From Ylistrum balloti (taxonomy: Eukaryota): DNA of 64,000 nt. The DNA is taken from positions 2,232,001-2,296,000 of the forward strand of contig NW_026781901.1 of NCBI RefSeq assembly GCF_031769215.1, given 5' to 3'. A model generated the notes under the pieces. It searched no databases. It had not been told where the DNA came from and saw only the letters and a program-made list of their open reading frames with translations. Positions 13,001 to 24,660 of the stretch are shown in pieces (position 1 is the stretch's first letter; the number at the start of each line of letters is the position of its first letter). Both the position numbers and the translations under genes were made by a program.

Positions 13001-15996
13001 GCTGCAATGATGGGACATGGGGTCGGAGGATCTCATCCCTATACCTAGAGGCAGTTAAATTATCCGCTTTTACAACCAGTGGTGATTTAACACTATGTGA
13101 GATTCCTCCCCACACCATAACCGATCCACCCCTAAACCTATCTGTCTCTACTGCGCAGCAGTCGGCAAAAAACGTTCTCCACGACGTCGGTATACATGAC
13201 GTCAAATGTCTGCTTGAAACAGGGTGAACCGAGACTCATCAGTATATATGCGGCCGAGCATTATTCTGCTGGAGTGAAAAATTGTTTTGTTGCAATAATG
13301 GGACAACATGGGGTCGGAGGATCTCATCTCTATACCTGCCATACGTTCTACACGACGTCGGTATACACGACGTTGAACGTCTGCTCGAATCAGAGCGAAG
13401 ATATTGTAAATAATGTCACCCTGCGTTTCTTTATCCCTTGAGTATATTATCTTATTATCTAATAACCATTATAACAAAATTCAATTATTGTGACACGTAT
13501 ATATAGTAACAATACTGCATTCCCAGTTGCTGGTGTTAACCGGTTGTAGTCGACCCCATATTCATAGGCGTGTTTCCAATATCACGTGTCTGATGCTTGT
13601 TAGTATACCTGGTGATTGTGGTAAACCTGTTCTCACTTGGAAACATGACATTACCTAATTGCATTGACCAAGATTTCCTTCCGGAACACCTGGTCTTATC
13701 TTCCTTGTACTTTTCTTGGTGTCTCCGTGCAGAATGGTTCATAATTTGCTCTAGACAATTTAATAAGAGTTTTAATCAAGTTTCATTGGACATGTCAGTA
13801 TTTTCTTTGTTTTAGACAAGTCCATTAGCCAAGGATTATAATCCTCCTACAACTCAAATAAATGTGGACTGTGACCTATGATTAGCGTGTTACAGGCATG
13901 TTCCAGGTAGTGGACACTGACTACAAGAGTCACGCCCTGGTCTATAACTGTTATGTGTTACAGACATGTTCCAGGTAGTGGACACTGACTACAAGAGTCA
14001 CGCCCTGGTCTATAACTGTTATGTGTTACAGACATGTTCCAGGTAGTGGACACAGACTACAAGAGTTACGCCCTGGTTTATATATGTTATGTGTTACAGA
14101 CATGTTCCAGGTAGTGGACACAGACTACAAGAGTTACGCCCTGGTTTATATATGTTACGTGTTACAGACGTGTTCCAGGTAGTGGACACTGACTACAAGA
14201 GTCACGCCCTGGTTTATATATGTTACGTGTTACAGACATGTTCCAGGTAGTGGACACTGACTACAAGAGTCACTGGTTTATATATGCCCTGGTCTATAAC
14301 TTTTATGTGTTACAGACATGTTCCAGGTAGTGGACACAGACTACAAGAGTCACGCCCTGGTTTATATATGTTACGTGTTACAGACATGTTCCAGGTAGTG
14401 GACACTGACTACAAGAGTCACGCCCTGGTTTATATATGTTACGTGTTACAGACATGTTCCAGGTAGTGGACACTGACTACAAGAGTCACGCCCTGGTTTA
14501 TATATGTTACGTGTTACAGACATGTTCCAGGTAGTGGACACTGACTACAAGAGTCACGCCCTGGTCTATAACTTTTATGTGTTACAGACGTGTTCCAGGT
14601 AGTGGACACAGACTACAAGAGTTACGCCCTGGTTTATATATGTTACGGACAGAGGCTAAAACAGGGTCACTGCCACAAGAACAACATGCACGTGTCACTC
14701 CTGAGTAGACATCCATCGGCTGACTTCGCTGAGCGGGACATCATTCAACATATCAGTAACAGATGTATAACAAGAAAAGAGCTTGTCCGGGCCCCAGAGA
14801 TCGGTACGTACTGAATCAGCACTACTTCTTGTGGAAGATCTAGTTTTCATAAACATGGGAAAACGGCCTCTCTTTCAGCCAAAAATGATAAAAACGTGTA
14901 AATTGTTCTTGATATTTTAGCATTCTGTAGATTATCTTTTCGATATTCTTTTCTGAACTTTTGTGAACTTGAAAATGCTTGAAATTACCAAAATCCGCCT
15001 GACTCGAGGCCAGTGAAGTCATATATTCACATAATTAGCAAAAATCTCCTGAACTCAGGCACACACACTGGTGTGGTGTGTGGTATTTTTATGAAGTTTC
15101 CCGACATATTCCTAGTGTTTTCCGCACTTTTCAGGATAAACTAGTTATACATATAGACTGCCTTAAACGGCGAAATTAACCAGTGTCTTTTCACTATAAG
15201 GTTCATGGGTGTATTATTACTAATTTTACCGTTGATGTTCAAGGTTAGTTAGTACATGTATATCTAAATTTTCACATGGTTTTTAATTTTCAACAATAAG
15301 ATTAACCTTGATGTATAAAAGATATTACAATAAGGATTGCAACATATCATCTAACAATAGATATGTTGTCATCAGATGGGCCTTGTCCTAATAAGTCTAT
15401 TTACCAATGCGGTAATGTGAATACAGTCTCTCCCAGAATGCATAGCGGTACCCCAGTGACGTCACTGTGACTGTTCATGAACGAAAACACTCTGATAGAA
15501 ATTGATGTGAACATTCAACGTTACTTTATATGTAGTCGCGAGCGGTACACCAGTGACGTCACTGTGACTGTTAAGGAACGATAACTCTGGTAGAGATTGG
15601 TGTGAATAGTCAACGATTATATATCTATAGTCACGAGCGGTACCCCAGTGTCGTCACTGTGACTGTTAGGAACGATAACTCCGGTAGAGATAGTCACAAG
15701 CTATCGTTATACCTGAACTTAGTGTTATAGGTGCGGAACAATGCCCTTATCTGATTGGCTGTTTAACAGGAAATTAATATATATAGCTTATGATAATCCT
15801 TATGTTTTAGCGAAAGATAAGTCGTATTATGTAAATGTTTTAATGCTTAGTTTACGTTACACATTGTCATCCACGTATCATTATTAAATGAAAATGTTAA
15901 AGTAGCACGTTTTACTGCGTTTATATATTACCTGTTGTTTACTTGTTACCTCTATGTTTATTTGTTGTTTTATTTGCAGCAAGTTGTCGAGTTTGA
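10075..15996 (+). CDS. Secreted lipocalin (ApoD/RBP4-like), 188 aa
   Basis: Exons 10075-10188, 10447-10580, 12234-12319, 14588-14803 and 15980-15996, with intron phases 0,2,1,1; 567 nt in total. Signal peptide MAAALGIFALLLVTLPCSFG, lipocalin SCR1 (FDVGQFFGFWYEIER), SCR2 (VVDTDYKSYALVYIC), SCR3 (LLSRHP) and a C-terminal Cys (ASCRV*). Confidence 0.88.
10993..11430. repeat. 32-bp minisatellite, ~13 copies, lipocalin intron 2
   Basis: Unit CATGATCGGTGTCGTGGCATATTATATATATA; period 32 (11061 to 11093). Confidence 0.9.
12681..13390 (-). mobile_element. Tc1-like transposase remnant with a rearranged partial second copy, lipocalin intron 3
   Basis: The minus strand reads DESRFTLFQAD, RGERF, GGSVMVWGGIS, FQQDNAR, LDWSPYSPDLSSIEHFWDQL and ...GHTRY* (stop at 12683-12681), with frameshifts and stops. 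Segments are repeated at 13245-13390. Confidence 0.88.
13886..14646. repeat. 68-bp minisatellite made of the lipocalin exon-4 splice acceptor plus exon start, 11 copies
   Basis: Unit GTGTTACAG|ACATGTTCCAGGTAGTGGACACTGACTACAAGAGTCACGCCCTGGTTTATATATGTTAC; the last copy runs into the unique exon sequence. Confidence 0.95.
15440..15700. repeat. ~96-bp degenerate tandem repeat, 3 copies, lipocalin intron 4
   Basis: GCGGTAC(C/A)CCAGTG(A/T)CGTCACTGTGACTGTT at 15445, 15542 and 15637. Confidence 0.8.
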
Positions 15997-16202
15997 AGTT
16001 TCACTGATTCCCGGGAACAGCAGCAGCATCCCAGATATAAGTAAAGCACGTAAGGGCCGGCTCGCTATTATCATAACTGTGTCCATTTATACAATAAACT
16101 GTGTGATATTCATTGTTATTATCATCGTCTACACGGCCACGCCCATCTCAACACATCACTGTCTAATAGTCCATGTTTTCATCATTGAAGAGTGTCCATG
16201 TT

Positions 16203-16208
16203 AATAAA
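16203..16208 (+). promoter_or_regulatory. Candidate polyadenylation signal of the lipocalin gene
   Basis: AATAAA about 200 nt after the stop codon, followed by T-rich sequence. Motif match only. Confidence 0.35.
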
Positions 16209-17419
16209 AATCAAACCGACGGATAACGTTTTGATTTATCTATCTTTGCTTGATCCCTTTGTTGTTTTCCTCTCCTTTCATAAGTATTGAGATTTTATCA
16301 AGAAATAAAGAAAATCTAAAATGAAAGCGGAAAAAAGGGTTCAGTATGCGTGAAGCAATATATCTATATACAAAGAAATTTTAAAATCTTTAAAACACTT
16401 CTTTATCAAAATCCATTCTTTCATATTTTTACCATTTTTTTAGCAATACACAGGTAAGGGTCCATGTAGTATTGTATAAATACTTATTATGATATATAGT
16501 AGACAGCCCGGGAGACCGGTTTGATATACATCATCACAACACTGTTATAAGTGATGTTTGCTTTCCATTAAATCAGTGAGCTTCTTTCCACAACAGATAC
16601 CATAGCGCATTTAAAAACAACGTTACCAAGATACAACAAACCAATAACGGTAAAGATTGAGTAGACTGTGTTTCTAACGTTCTCTGTAACTCACGAGACT
16701 TCCATTGTGAACCCCACATGTTGACGAATGGAGGCGCTGTGAGTTTTAACAGGGACACTGAAAGGCTGGTGTCCTTTTAAACTTTTTGTTAATATGAATT
16801 GAATTTAGAATGTATTAAATGTTAGCACCTTTTTATCAACTAAAGCACATTTGATGCGTGTAACACGGTGTGAATTAAAAACGACTTGTTATAGAAAATA
16901 GTGAATAACGATTCATGCTCATTTCTTACCGTAGCTGATTTCGTTAACACCTCGTTAACTACCAAAGATTTCGCACGTCATACCCCGGTAAACCTGTGTC
17001 ACTCTGACAGTATTTTCACCGTGAACCCGTTCAATATTTAAGAATGAAGTTAACTTGTTGTGATTATCACGAGGATTAATACCTTGATTTGATATAACGG
17101 TGGCGTTCCATAAGGTCATCGACGTACAAATACGCAGCTTTTCTGCAGAAATCAATTCATTAGCAACCAGAAAGTTGTAACATGTGTTTATTGTGGATAA
17201 ATTATCTTCAAACTGATACAGAGGTTCCAAAATGATTACATACAGAGCACACAGGCCATATCAAGCTTAAAAGTTGAAGACTCTTATTTCTAAAGTGAAA
17301 ACATTCAAAGATTTTAAAACGAAGACGTAGAAATTCCAGAACAGCGGTATTCGATAAAATGTACTATCCTACAATAAGACATGTGACGATGACTTGTTGA
17401 CTGTCTGAAGACTCAGACA

Positions 17420-20400
17420 ATGTGCTGTGGTACCGCCTCCTTGTGGGTGAGGTTCGCTCTGGTCCTCATCATCATCGGATTTATAGCTGAGACGGTCGGC
17501 TTCGCGACGGCAACTTGGATGTTCAATAACACAAATGGCGAAAAAAGGATAGGCTTGTGGATCTCCCAGACTTGTAGTGGATCAGTGTGTACCGATTCTG
17601 AAGTACCGTCATCCTACAAAGATGGTAAGTAAATTTGTCTCTACCGATTCTGAAGTACCGTCATCCTACAAACATGATAGATATACCTGTCTATACCATC
17701 ATCTACACCGGTCGTGAGGTACCGTTGTTCTATAAACATGGTAGATAAACCTGGCTATACCGACCCCTAAATACCATCATCTACACCGGTCATGAGGTAC
17801 CGTCGTTTTACTAACATAGTAGGTAGACCTGTCTATACCGACCCCTAAATACCATCATCTACACCGGTCATGAGGTACCGTCGTTCTACTAACATAGTAG
17901 GTAAACCTGTCTATACCGACCCCTAAATACCATCATCTACACCGGTCATGAGGTACCGTCGTTGTACTAACATAGTAGGTAAACCTGTCTATACCGACCC
18001 CTAAATACCATCATCTACACCGGTCGTGAGGTACCGTTGTTCTATAAACATGGTAGATAAACCTGGCTATACCGACCCCTAAATACCATCATCTACACCG
18101 GCCATGAGGTACCGTCGTTCTACTAACATAGTAGGTAGACCTGTCTATACCGACCCCTAAATACCATCATCTACACCGGTCATGAGGTACCGTCGTTCTA
18201 CTAACATAGTAGGTAAACCTGTCTATACCGACCCCTAAATACCATCATCTACACCGGTCATGAGGTACCGTCGTTCTACTAACATAGTAGGTAAACCTGT
18301 CTATACCGACCCCTAAATACCATCATCTACACCGGTCATGAGGTACCGTCGTTCTACTAACATATTAGGTAAACCTGTCTATACCGACCCCTAAATACCA
18401 TCATCTACACCGGTCATGAGGTACCGTCGTTCTACTAACATAGTAGGTAAACCTGTCTATACCGACCCCTAAATACCATCATCTACACCGGTCATGAGGT
18501 ACCGTCGTTCTACTAACATAGTAGGTAGACCTGTCTATACCGACCCCTAAATACCATCATCTACACCGGTCATGAGGTACCGTCGTTCTACTAACATAGT
18601 AGGTAGACCTGTCTATACCGACCCCTAAATACCATCATCTACACCGGTCATGAGGTACCGTCGTTCTACTAATATAGTAGGTAAACCTGTCTATACCGAC
18701 CCCTAAATACCATCATCTACACCGGTCATGAGGTACCGTCATTCTACTAACATAGTAGGTAGACCTGTCTATACCGACCCCTAAATACCATCATCTACAC
18801 CGGTCATGAGGTACCGTCGTTCTACTAACATAGTAGGTAAACCTGTCTATACCGACCCCTAAATACCATCATCTACACCGGTCATGAGGTACGGTCGTTT
18901 TACTTACAAGGTAGGTAAACCTGTCTATACCGACCCCCAAGACGTCGCCCAATAAAGATGGAGAGTATGTAATTATTTTAATAGCTCTACGTAAACCTGT
19001 ACACAGGCTGGCTCTGGAGTGTCTTTATTCTACGTACCACGATCATTACTGTTACCTAATTTCAGTGAAAAGACACGAAAGTGGCCCTTCAGCTACTAAT
19101 CCTTCGTATACAGACACTGCTATTTAATCATAATAGTTGTAACAATAAACAACCATAGACATATTTGTCTTTAGTGTTAAAGTTGTGAACATTTCAGGTT
19201 TTTATAATTCTGTGATGTGATGTAGAATTTTCGCTTATGTAAATGCATAAAAAGTATTGATACGCCCATATTTTAATTTTATGTGATGTCTTTACAATCC
19301 GTATTGAAGGTTATATAATGTATTTATGAATCCACATTTAACTTTGAATAACGTATTCAACATCTCATGGACACCAGTCCTCGTAAACCAGCTCGGCATT
19401 TTTTTCGCTATATGACAGTTTATAACCAATAACAAATTATGAATTACATTTGTACTGTTAAAGAGTCATTTCAGGTAACTTCTGAGAGTTTAACCTTAGG
19501 CTCTATATGTGGCGTTTAGTTATGTTTACAGACAGATCGCATTTATCATCAGTAATTTATTTCATTTGATCATAAAATAATGTAATATTGAACCTTATTG
19601 ACAGTCTATAGCGTGCGTTTGTGTCAATAACTTACATCAATGTTCAGTGAATTTTCAGGTTTGTAGGACAAATAACGAACACTATAATAAAAATTACTCA
19701 TAGTCATATCTAACGGGATATGTTAAAGGATGTTACAAAGTCACTCAGTCAAGTCCATTAGAATATGATTGTAAACAATAAGCGAACATCATCAATCGAG
19801 ATTTCTTTGATCACAGATTTATGTCATATAAACACAATCCATCAAAAAGAAAACATTCTGTTGAATCTGATGTTAACCCGTAGTTTGACTAGACTACAAC
19901 AGCACCTAATGATGACGTTTTACGTTCTGTAGACAAATTTCACGAAACAGAACAGCATTCAGTGATGACGTTTTACGTTCTGTAGACAAATTCCATGCAT
20001 CTGGACAGCATCTAATGATGACGTTTTACGTTCTTTAGACAGGTTCCACGCAACAAGTCAGCATATAGTGATGACGTTTTCTGTGTTGTAGACAAATTCC
20101 GGGCCACCCAAGCTGTGGAGATTTTTGCCTTCATTCTGTATGTGATCGCGCCATTCCTTATAGGGGCATTCGTCTTCTTTGAGACCACCAGGAACCAGAG
20201 GATGGTCATAGCGTGTATGGTCATCTGTTTCACAATAGGTGGGTACTTTCGTCTCTGATGCGAGATTCCATATAATAGAAATACACGGTGGATGAAGAAA
20301 CTTAATGAATAAAGATTCCGTAGCATATTGAAGAACGTTTGTGCATTAATGCTACTTGGACGACAGAAATAGCGTCCTACATTAATACCAAACACGCGAC

Positions 20401-22792
20401 CGAGTCCAGTTAGTCGCTACATTGATTCCAAGAAACACTGAACATTTGTGGTAACCTTCCAGTGTTATGTTTTTGGTCATTAAAGTATAGTGTTACTTGA
20501 ATGTTAGCCGAAGGGAGCTTATAAGGTCATGCGGCATTCGTTGTCCATCCGTCCGAGCGTCAAATTTTCCCGTTAAATGGCCTCTTCTCAATACTAATCA
20601 AAATTCCTAGAATCATGAAAAAAAAAGAAAGACAACCCCGTAGCCCATACTAAAGTCAGAGAGATCAAATTTGTTCAAACTTTTGAAATTCTTCCTTTCA
20701 TTCGTTACCAAAAGTCCTAAAATAATTACATTTGGGTGGAAGACTCCATCGCCAAAGTCCTACACAATTTGTTATATCCCACGAATGATTTTTTACATTA
20801 AACAAGACTTTGAATGTTAATGGCGTGAAATGATAATGTATTGGTGAAAAGCATTGAATATCATGTAAACAATACAGGCCCATTGGACCTCTTGAATTGG
20901 TTGCCAATAAAACAAAACCTCTGCCACTGTATGAGGACTTGTACCATTCAATAGTGTACACGCGTACCTTGATAAAACTCCGGGAAGACAGGTTTCTTAC
21001 CATCCGGGAGCGGTAAGAGACATTTATCTACAACTACAAGTAACTTTAATAGGCGAAGGTTTGCCATCTAATATAAAATTTACCGCAATGTCATTTAAAG
21101 AAGCAGAATATTGATATTGTCCTTACTATAGATTATTTGTGTGGTGTTCTTGTACAGATATACTGGGGTGACATTTACGATGTGGTTTACACTCAATATT
21201 CAGCTCGATATTTAATTGCTGTAAAAGTTTTTTGAAATCTTCATAACATGCTGTTCTGTTTGTGTAATGAATTTATCCCTGGCATGACATAGTGGAACTC
21301 TTTCATATCTATTATATACAGACATTTGATCGTTTGCTGGAACCAATTAAATTCAATTACAATCATAAAAATAAAATCATTATGATATTTTTTCAAACAT
21401 GCAATTGATTTCCAATGGCACCAGGAAACATGTAGCCTGGTACGGTGACGTAATTGTGTCCTAAGCTATTCACCGAACAAAAAAAATCGATACAAATTCT
21501 GGTTACCTCCGCATTCTTTCATGGCTACGAGTTAGTGAAAAAAACTTCATTGTCTTTTCATTTCAGTTTCTAAGGTGTAAAGTAGTAGTAAAAATTCAAA
21601 GCATCATCAAAAATGTTCTTCCTTATACGTAAATATATGCATATATACGTGATTAAATTTGGTATATCACAATTAGAATGTGTTTGTAACGTTTCAAGGA
21701 ATTCATTGTCGCCTTCATCAGACAATAAACCAGAAATACAAGGTATGATCACTGACTTGTGCAATGTAGGGTGTGCTAATCAAATCCACAGGACATCTGG
21801 GCTTTACTACAGTATAACACGTAATATGGTAGATAGATGAAATGATAGTGAAAATAGTTATTGTCGGTAATCAACCATAAAAGTTGATAACAATGTATGT
21901 ATTAGTCCACGAAATCCGACCCAGCTGAAAACTTTGTTCATATGCGAATGCATATGACCCCCCTCATCCCGGTTTAGAACCAGACCGATAAGCATATCCA
22001 GATGGCTTTCTTGACCTTTCATTTGAAAAGATTGTTCCCTTTATCCACCACTTCGACATTCCGTCTAATGACACTTTGTACATAGGTATACATCCGCTAC
22101 TTTGATAATTTGTAAGTTGAAGGTGACAGAGTGAAGTTATCGAAACGTCACGTACAACTTTTCTGACGAGTGTGATATATGACAAACTATTCTCACCAAA
22201 TAAGACATACATGGCATGTCTTGCTTACTGAATACAGTATTTTGGAAAAGCAAATGACAGTTTATGAACGCAACACTAATTCTTCTGACCTACGTTTGGT
22301 ATCGTTTCAGGAGTTTTACTTGGAGTAGGACTGATCATATGGATGGTTTACGTCCAGTCACAGGCTGCATTCAGCGCCGGGTACTCCATGGGGCTGACCA
22401 TCCTGGGCGGGATTCTCGCTGTGTTCGCGGGGCTTCTCTTCATTCCGGAAACGGGCGACGATGACGAATACGAGGATCGCGTTATGAAATCACGAACTGC
22501 AACGCCACAATATTCACGTCATCACTCATCACGTCGTGTGCACGTGCGACCTATATCCCCATCGGACGAATCTTCTCGTGAATCTTCGCCCAATTACTAC
22601 TCCACTCGGCAGTCGAGGAAGACTTACGACTCCATGCCATCACCCATGGAGACCCCTAAAACGTACGACTCCATGCCCGCTCCTGTTCCGCAGACTGTTT
22701 CCGAGACCGGAGTCTCTACAGGAAGGAATTTCCGGCCGCCAACATTTAATGATGTTTCATCTCTTACACTGCAGCGAGATCGTGTGGTTTAA
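17420..22792 (+). CDS. Claudin/PMP22/EMP-superfamily tetraspan membrane protein B (277 aa), paralog of A
   Basis: Exons 17420-17624, 20092-20238 and 22311-22792, with phases 1,1; 834 nt in total. Exon 2 is 147 nt, as in gene A. It shares the N-terminus CGTASLW, the loop motif IGLWISQTCSGSVC, (A/G)TQA.E and GYSMGLT.(L/M)GGILA, and has a long Ser/Pro/Arg-rich tail. Confidence 0.9.
17642..18938. repeat. 78-bp minisatellite (~16 copies) derived from the claudin-like B exon-1 end and donor
   Basis: Unit TACCGACCCCTAAATACCATCATCTACACCGGTCATGAGGTACCGTCGTTCTACTAACATAGTAGGTAAACCTGTCTA; period 78 (17836 to 17914). It begins immediately after the donor. Confidence 0.93.
19905..20110. repeat. 53-bp tandem repeat (4 copies) spanning the claudin-like B exon-2 acceptor
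   Basis: GATGACGTTTT...T(G/T)TAG|ACA at 19911, 19964, 20017 and 20070; the last copy is the functional acceptor. Confidence 0.88.
20505..20700. mobile_element. Fragment of a non-autonomous interspersed repeat (TTAGC...GTCCATCCGTCC...CAAATTTGTTCAAA type)
   Basis: It resembles an abundant bivalve interspersed repeat family that starts with TTAGC, a hairpin and a GTCC microsatellite. Recognised from memory, not by search. Confidence 0.35.
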
Positions 22793-23036
22793 TAAACTAA
22801 CAATCTCTGCTCCATCATTTCACCGTGTGTCAACACGAGAAACAAAATGATGGGCCAAGATGATCGCAAAATGTTCCAGTTCTTTGCTTAGAAATTAAAA
22901 AATATACATATATAATGTGAAAATAAACTATGTAAGAATGAAATCATAAAAATCATTTCTGGTTGGTAATATGTCTATATCCGTGGAGTTTAGTGAGAAG
23001 AGCTTCCAATATACTACACTGAATTACAGGAACAAA

Positions 23037-23321
23037 NNNNNNNNNNNNNNNNNNNNNNNNNNNNNNNNNNNNNNNNNNNNNNNNNNNNNNNNNNNNNNNN
23101 NNNNNNNNNNNNNNNNNNNNNNNNNNNNNNNNNNNNNNNNNNNNNNNNNNNNNNNNNNNNNNNNNNNNNNNNNNNNNNNNNNNNNNNNNNNNNNNNNNNN
23201 NNNNNNNNNNNNNNNNNNNNNNNNNNNNNNNNNNNNNNNNNNNNNNNNNNNNNNNNNNNNNNNNNNNNNNNNNNNNNNNNNNNNNNNNNNNNNNNNNNNN
23301 NNNNNNNNNNNNNNNNNNNNN
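23037..23321. other. Assembly gap (285 N)
   Basis: Run of N characters. Confidence 1.
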
Positions 23322-24069
23322 TTTATCGCCCTTGCCATATCATAATAGGTTATCCTTTATGATCGGAAATATGTTGGCTGTTTCGCTGCTCATTGTCTCT
23401 TGGGCTAATTTAGTGTCCGACTATTAGCTAAAGTGAACGATTAGGTTTCTGATGAGCCTTACGGTAATTCCTTGCAAATTAAAACTTCCATTGGACAAGT
23501 CATACTCATTGTTTTCTGATTTTCCAGCATGGTTACCCCACATATCACACTAAGCTAAGTAATACGTAGACTGTGTGTACATATTTGTACAGGGTATTTC
23601 TTAATACATGATTCGGACCTAGCCTGTACATGTCATGTCATCTGAGTGAGAGAGTGGAATGTTAGGTCATCGAGCAACTGTGACTGCATGTTGGCGCATG
23701 CGTGGTCACATTTTTACACACACCTCCATCCCTCGCACTGACCACATGAAGCTCTGGGAAAGAGCTGGACAGGTCGATCCCTCGGACATGGCTTCATTTC
23801 GTCGAAATAAAAATCGGAAACTCTCATACAGCGTTCGAGTTATATTAATATGAACCCTAAAACTGCATCTAGGTCTACATTACTGTTATTTAATTACCAT
23901 TGTTGGCATTACTCTGGTATAACCTTACCAAAGTTTGTGTTGTGATTCACTGACTCATGAACTGCCAACGACAGTTTGATCATTTCCCGTAACATATCTA
24001 TTGCATTGATGTAAAGCAAATAGAGGTTGTCTCCCCTATGATGGGATTTGACAATGTCAAATGAATGTC

Positions 24070-24175
24070 TCGACTCGGATTCGATTCTGGAACCTTTGGT
24101 TTACTGAAGTGATAGCGGTACAGAGAATATCTCTCTAACCGAGTGATATAATGCTCTCAACATTTCAGCCCGGTT
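24070..24175 (-). mobile_element. Degenerate tRNA-derived SINE head
   Basis: The minus strand has an A-box-like TATCACTCGGTTAGAG and a B-box-like GGTTCCAGAATCGAATCC. No intact cloverleaf. Confidence 0.3.
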
Positions 24176-24429
24176 ACCTACTTCCCCTCCAGGATATATT
24201 GAAATGCTTGTGGATGTAACGCTACGGCCGAAAATGTCTCTGGTTCCGGCTGAAAATAACAGGGTCGGTCGGTAGGCATTTTTCTTTCTTTAATTTTGTT
24301 TATTTAGGTTTACTTGCTTTAAAAGCTGACACTTCAAGTACAACATGTCGAATAGGGAGTGGTTTATATCCAGGTGTCAGGTGTGTGCAAGTATCGCGTG
24401 TGGATTATGAGATAATTATCATGCTAAAT

Positions 24430-24660
24430 ATCACAATCTATTCAAGAATATCTCTGTTGTTCGATTTTTGAAAATGAAAGTCTTCCTTGTACTATTATGT
24501 GCCAAGTTTTAACGAAATCTATTAAACGGTGTAGGAGGAGTAGCGCTTGAAGCCTAAGCGAGAAGATGGACAAACAGAAGACAGAAAGGTGATTCCTTAT
24601 ATCATCCACCCGCCTCTTCCCTCGCTCTCAACTTGTTTGTGGACGATATAAACAGAAAAC
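24430..24660. mobile_element. 3' portion of a non-autonomous interspersed repeat (Helentron/HINE-like family)
   Basis: GTGCCAAGTTTTAACGAAATC...ACGGTGTAGGAGGAGTAGCG...GGACAAACAGAAGACAGA...GGTGATTCC matches the layout of a common mollusc repeat (from memory). Confidence 0.4.

Noticed and set aside
15445-15570. Palindromic AGTGACGTCACT (CRE-like) sites
   Set aside because: They are part of an intronic tandem repeat, with no evidence of regulatory use.
21000-21764. Possible decayed transposase or recombinase in claudin-like B intron 2 (ORF 21570..21764)
   Set aside because: No catalytic or family motif could be recognised by eye.
22971-23345. ORFs spanning the N gap
   Set aside because: Artefact of translating Ns.
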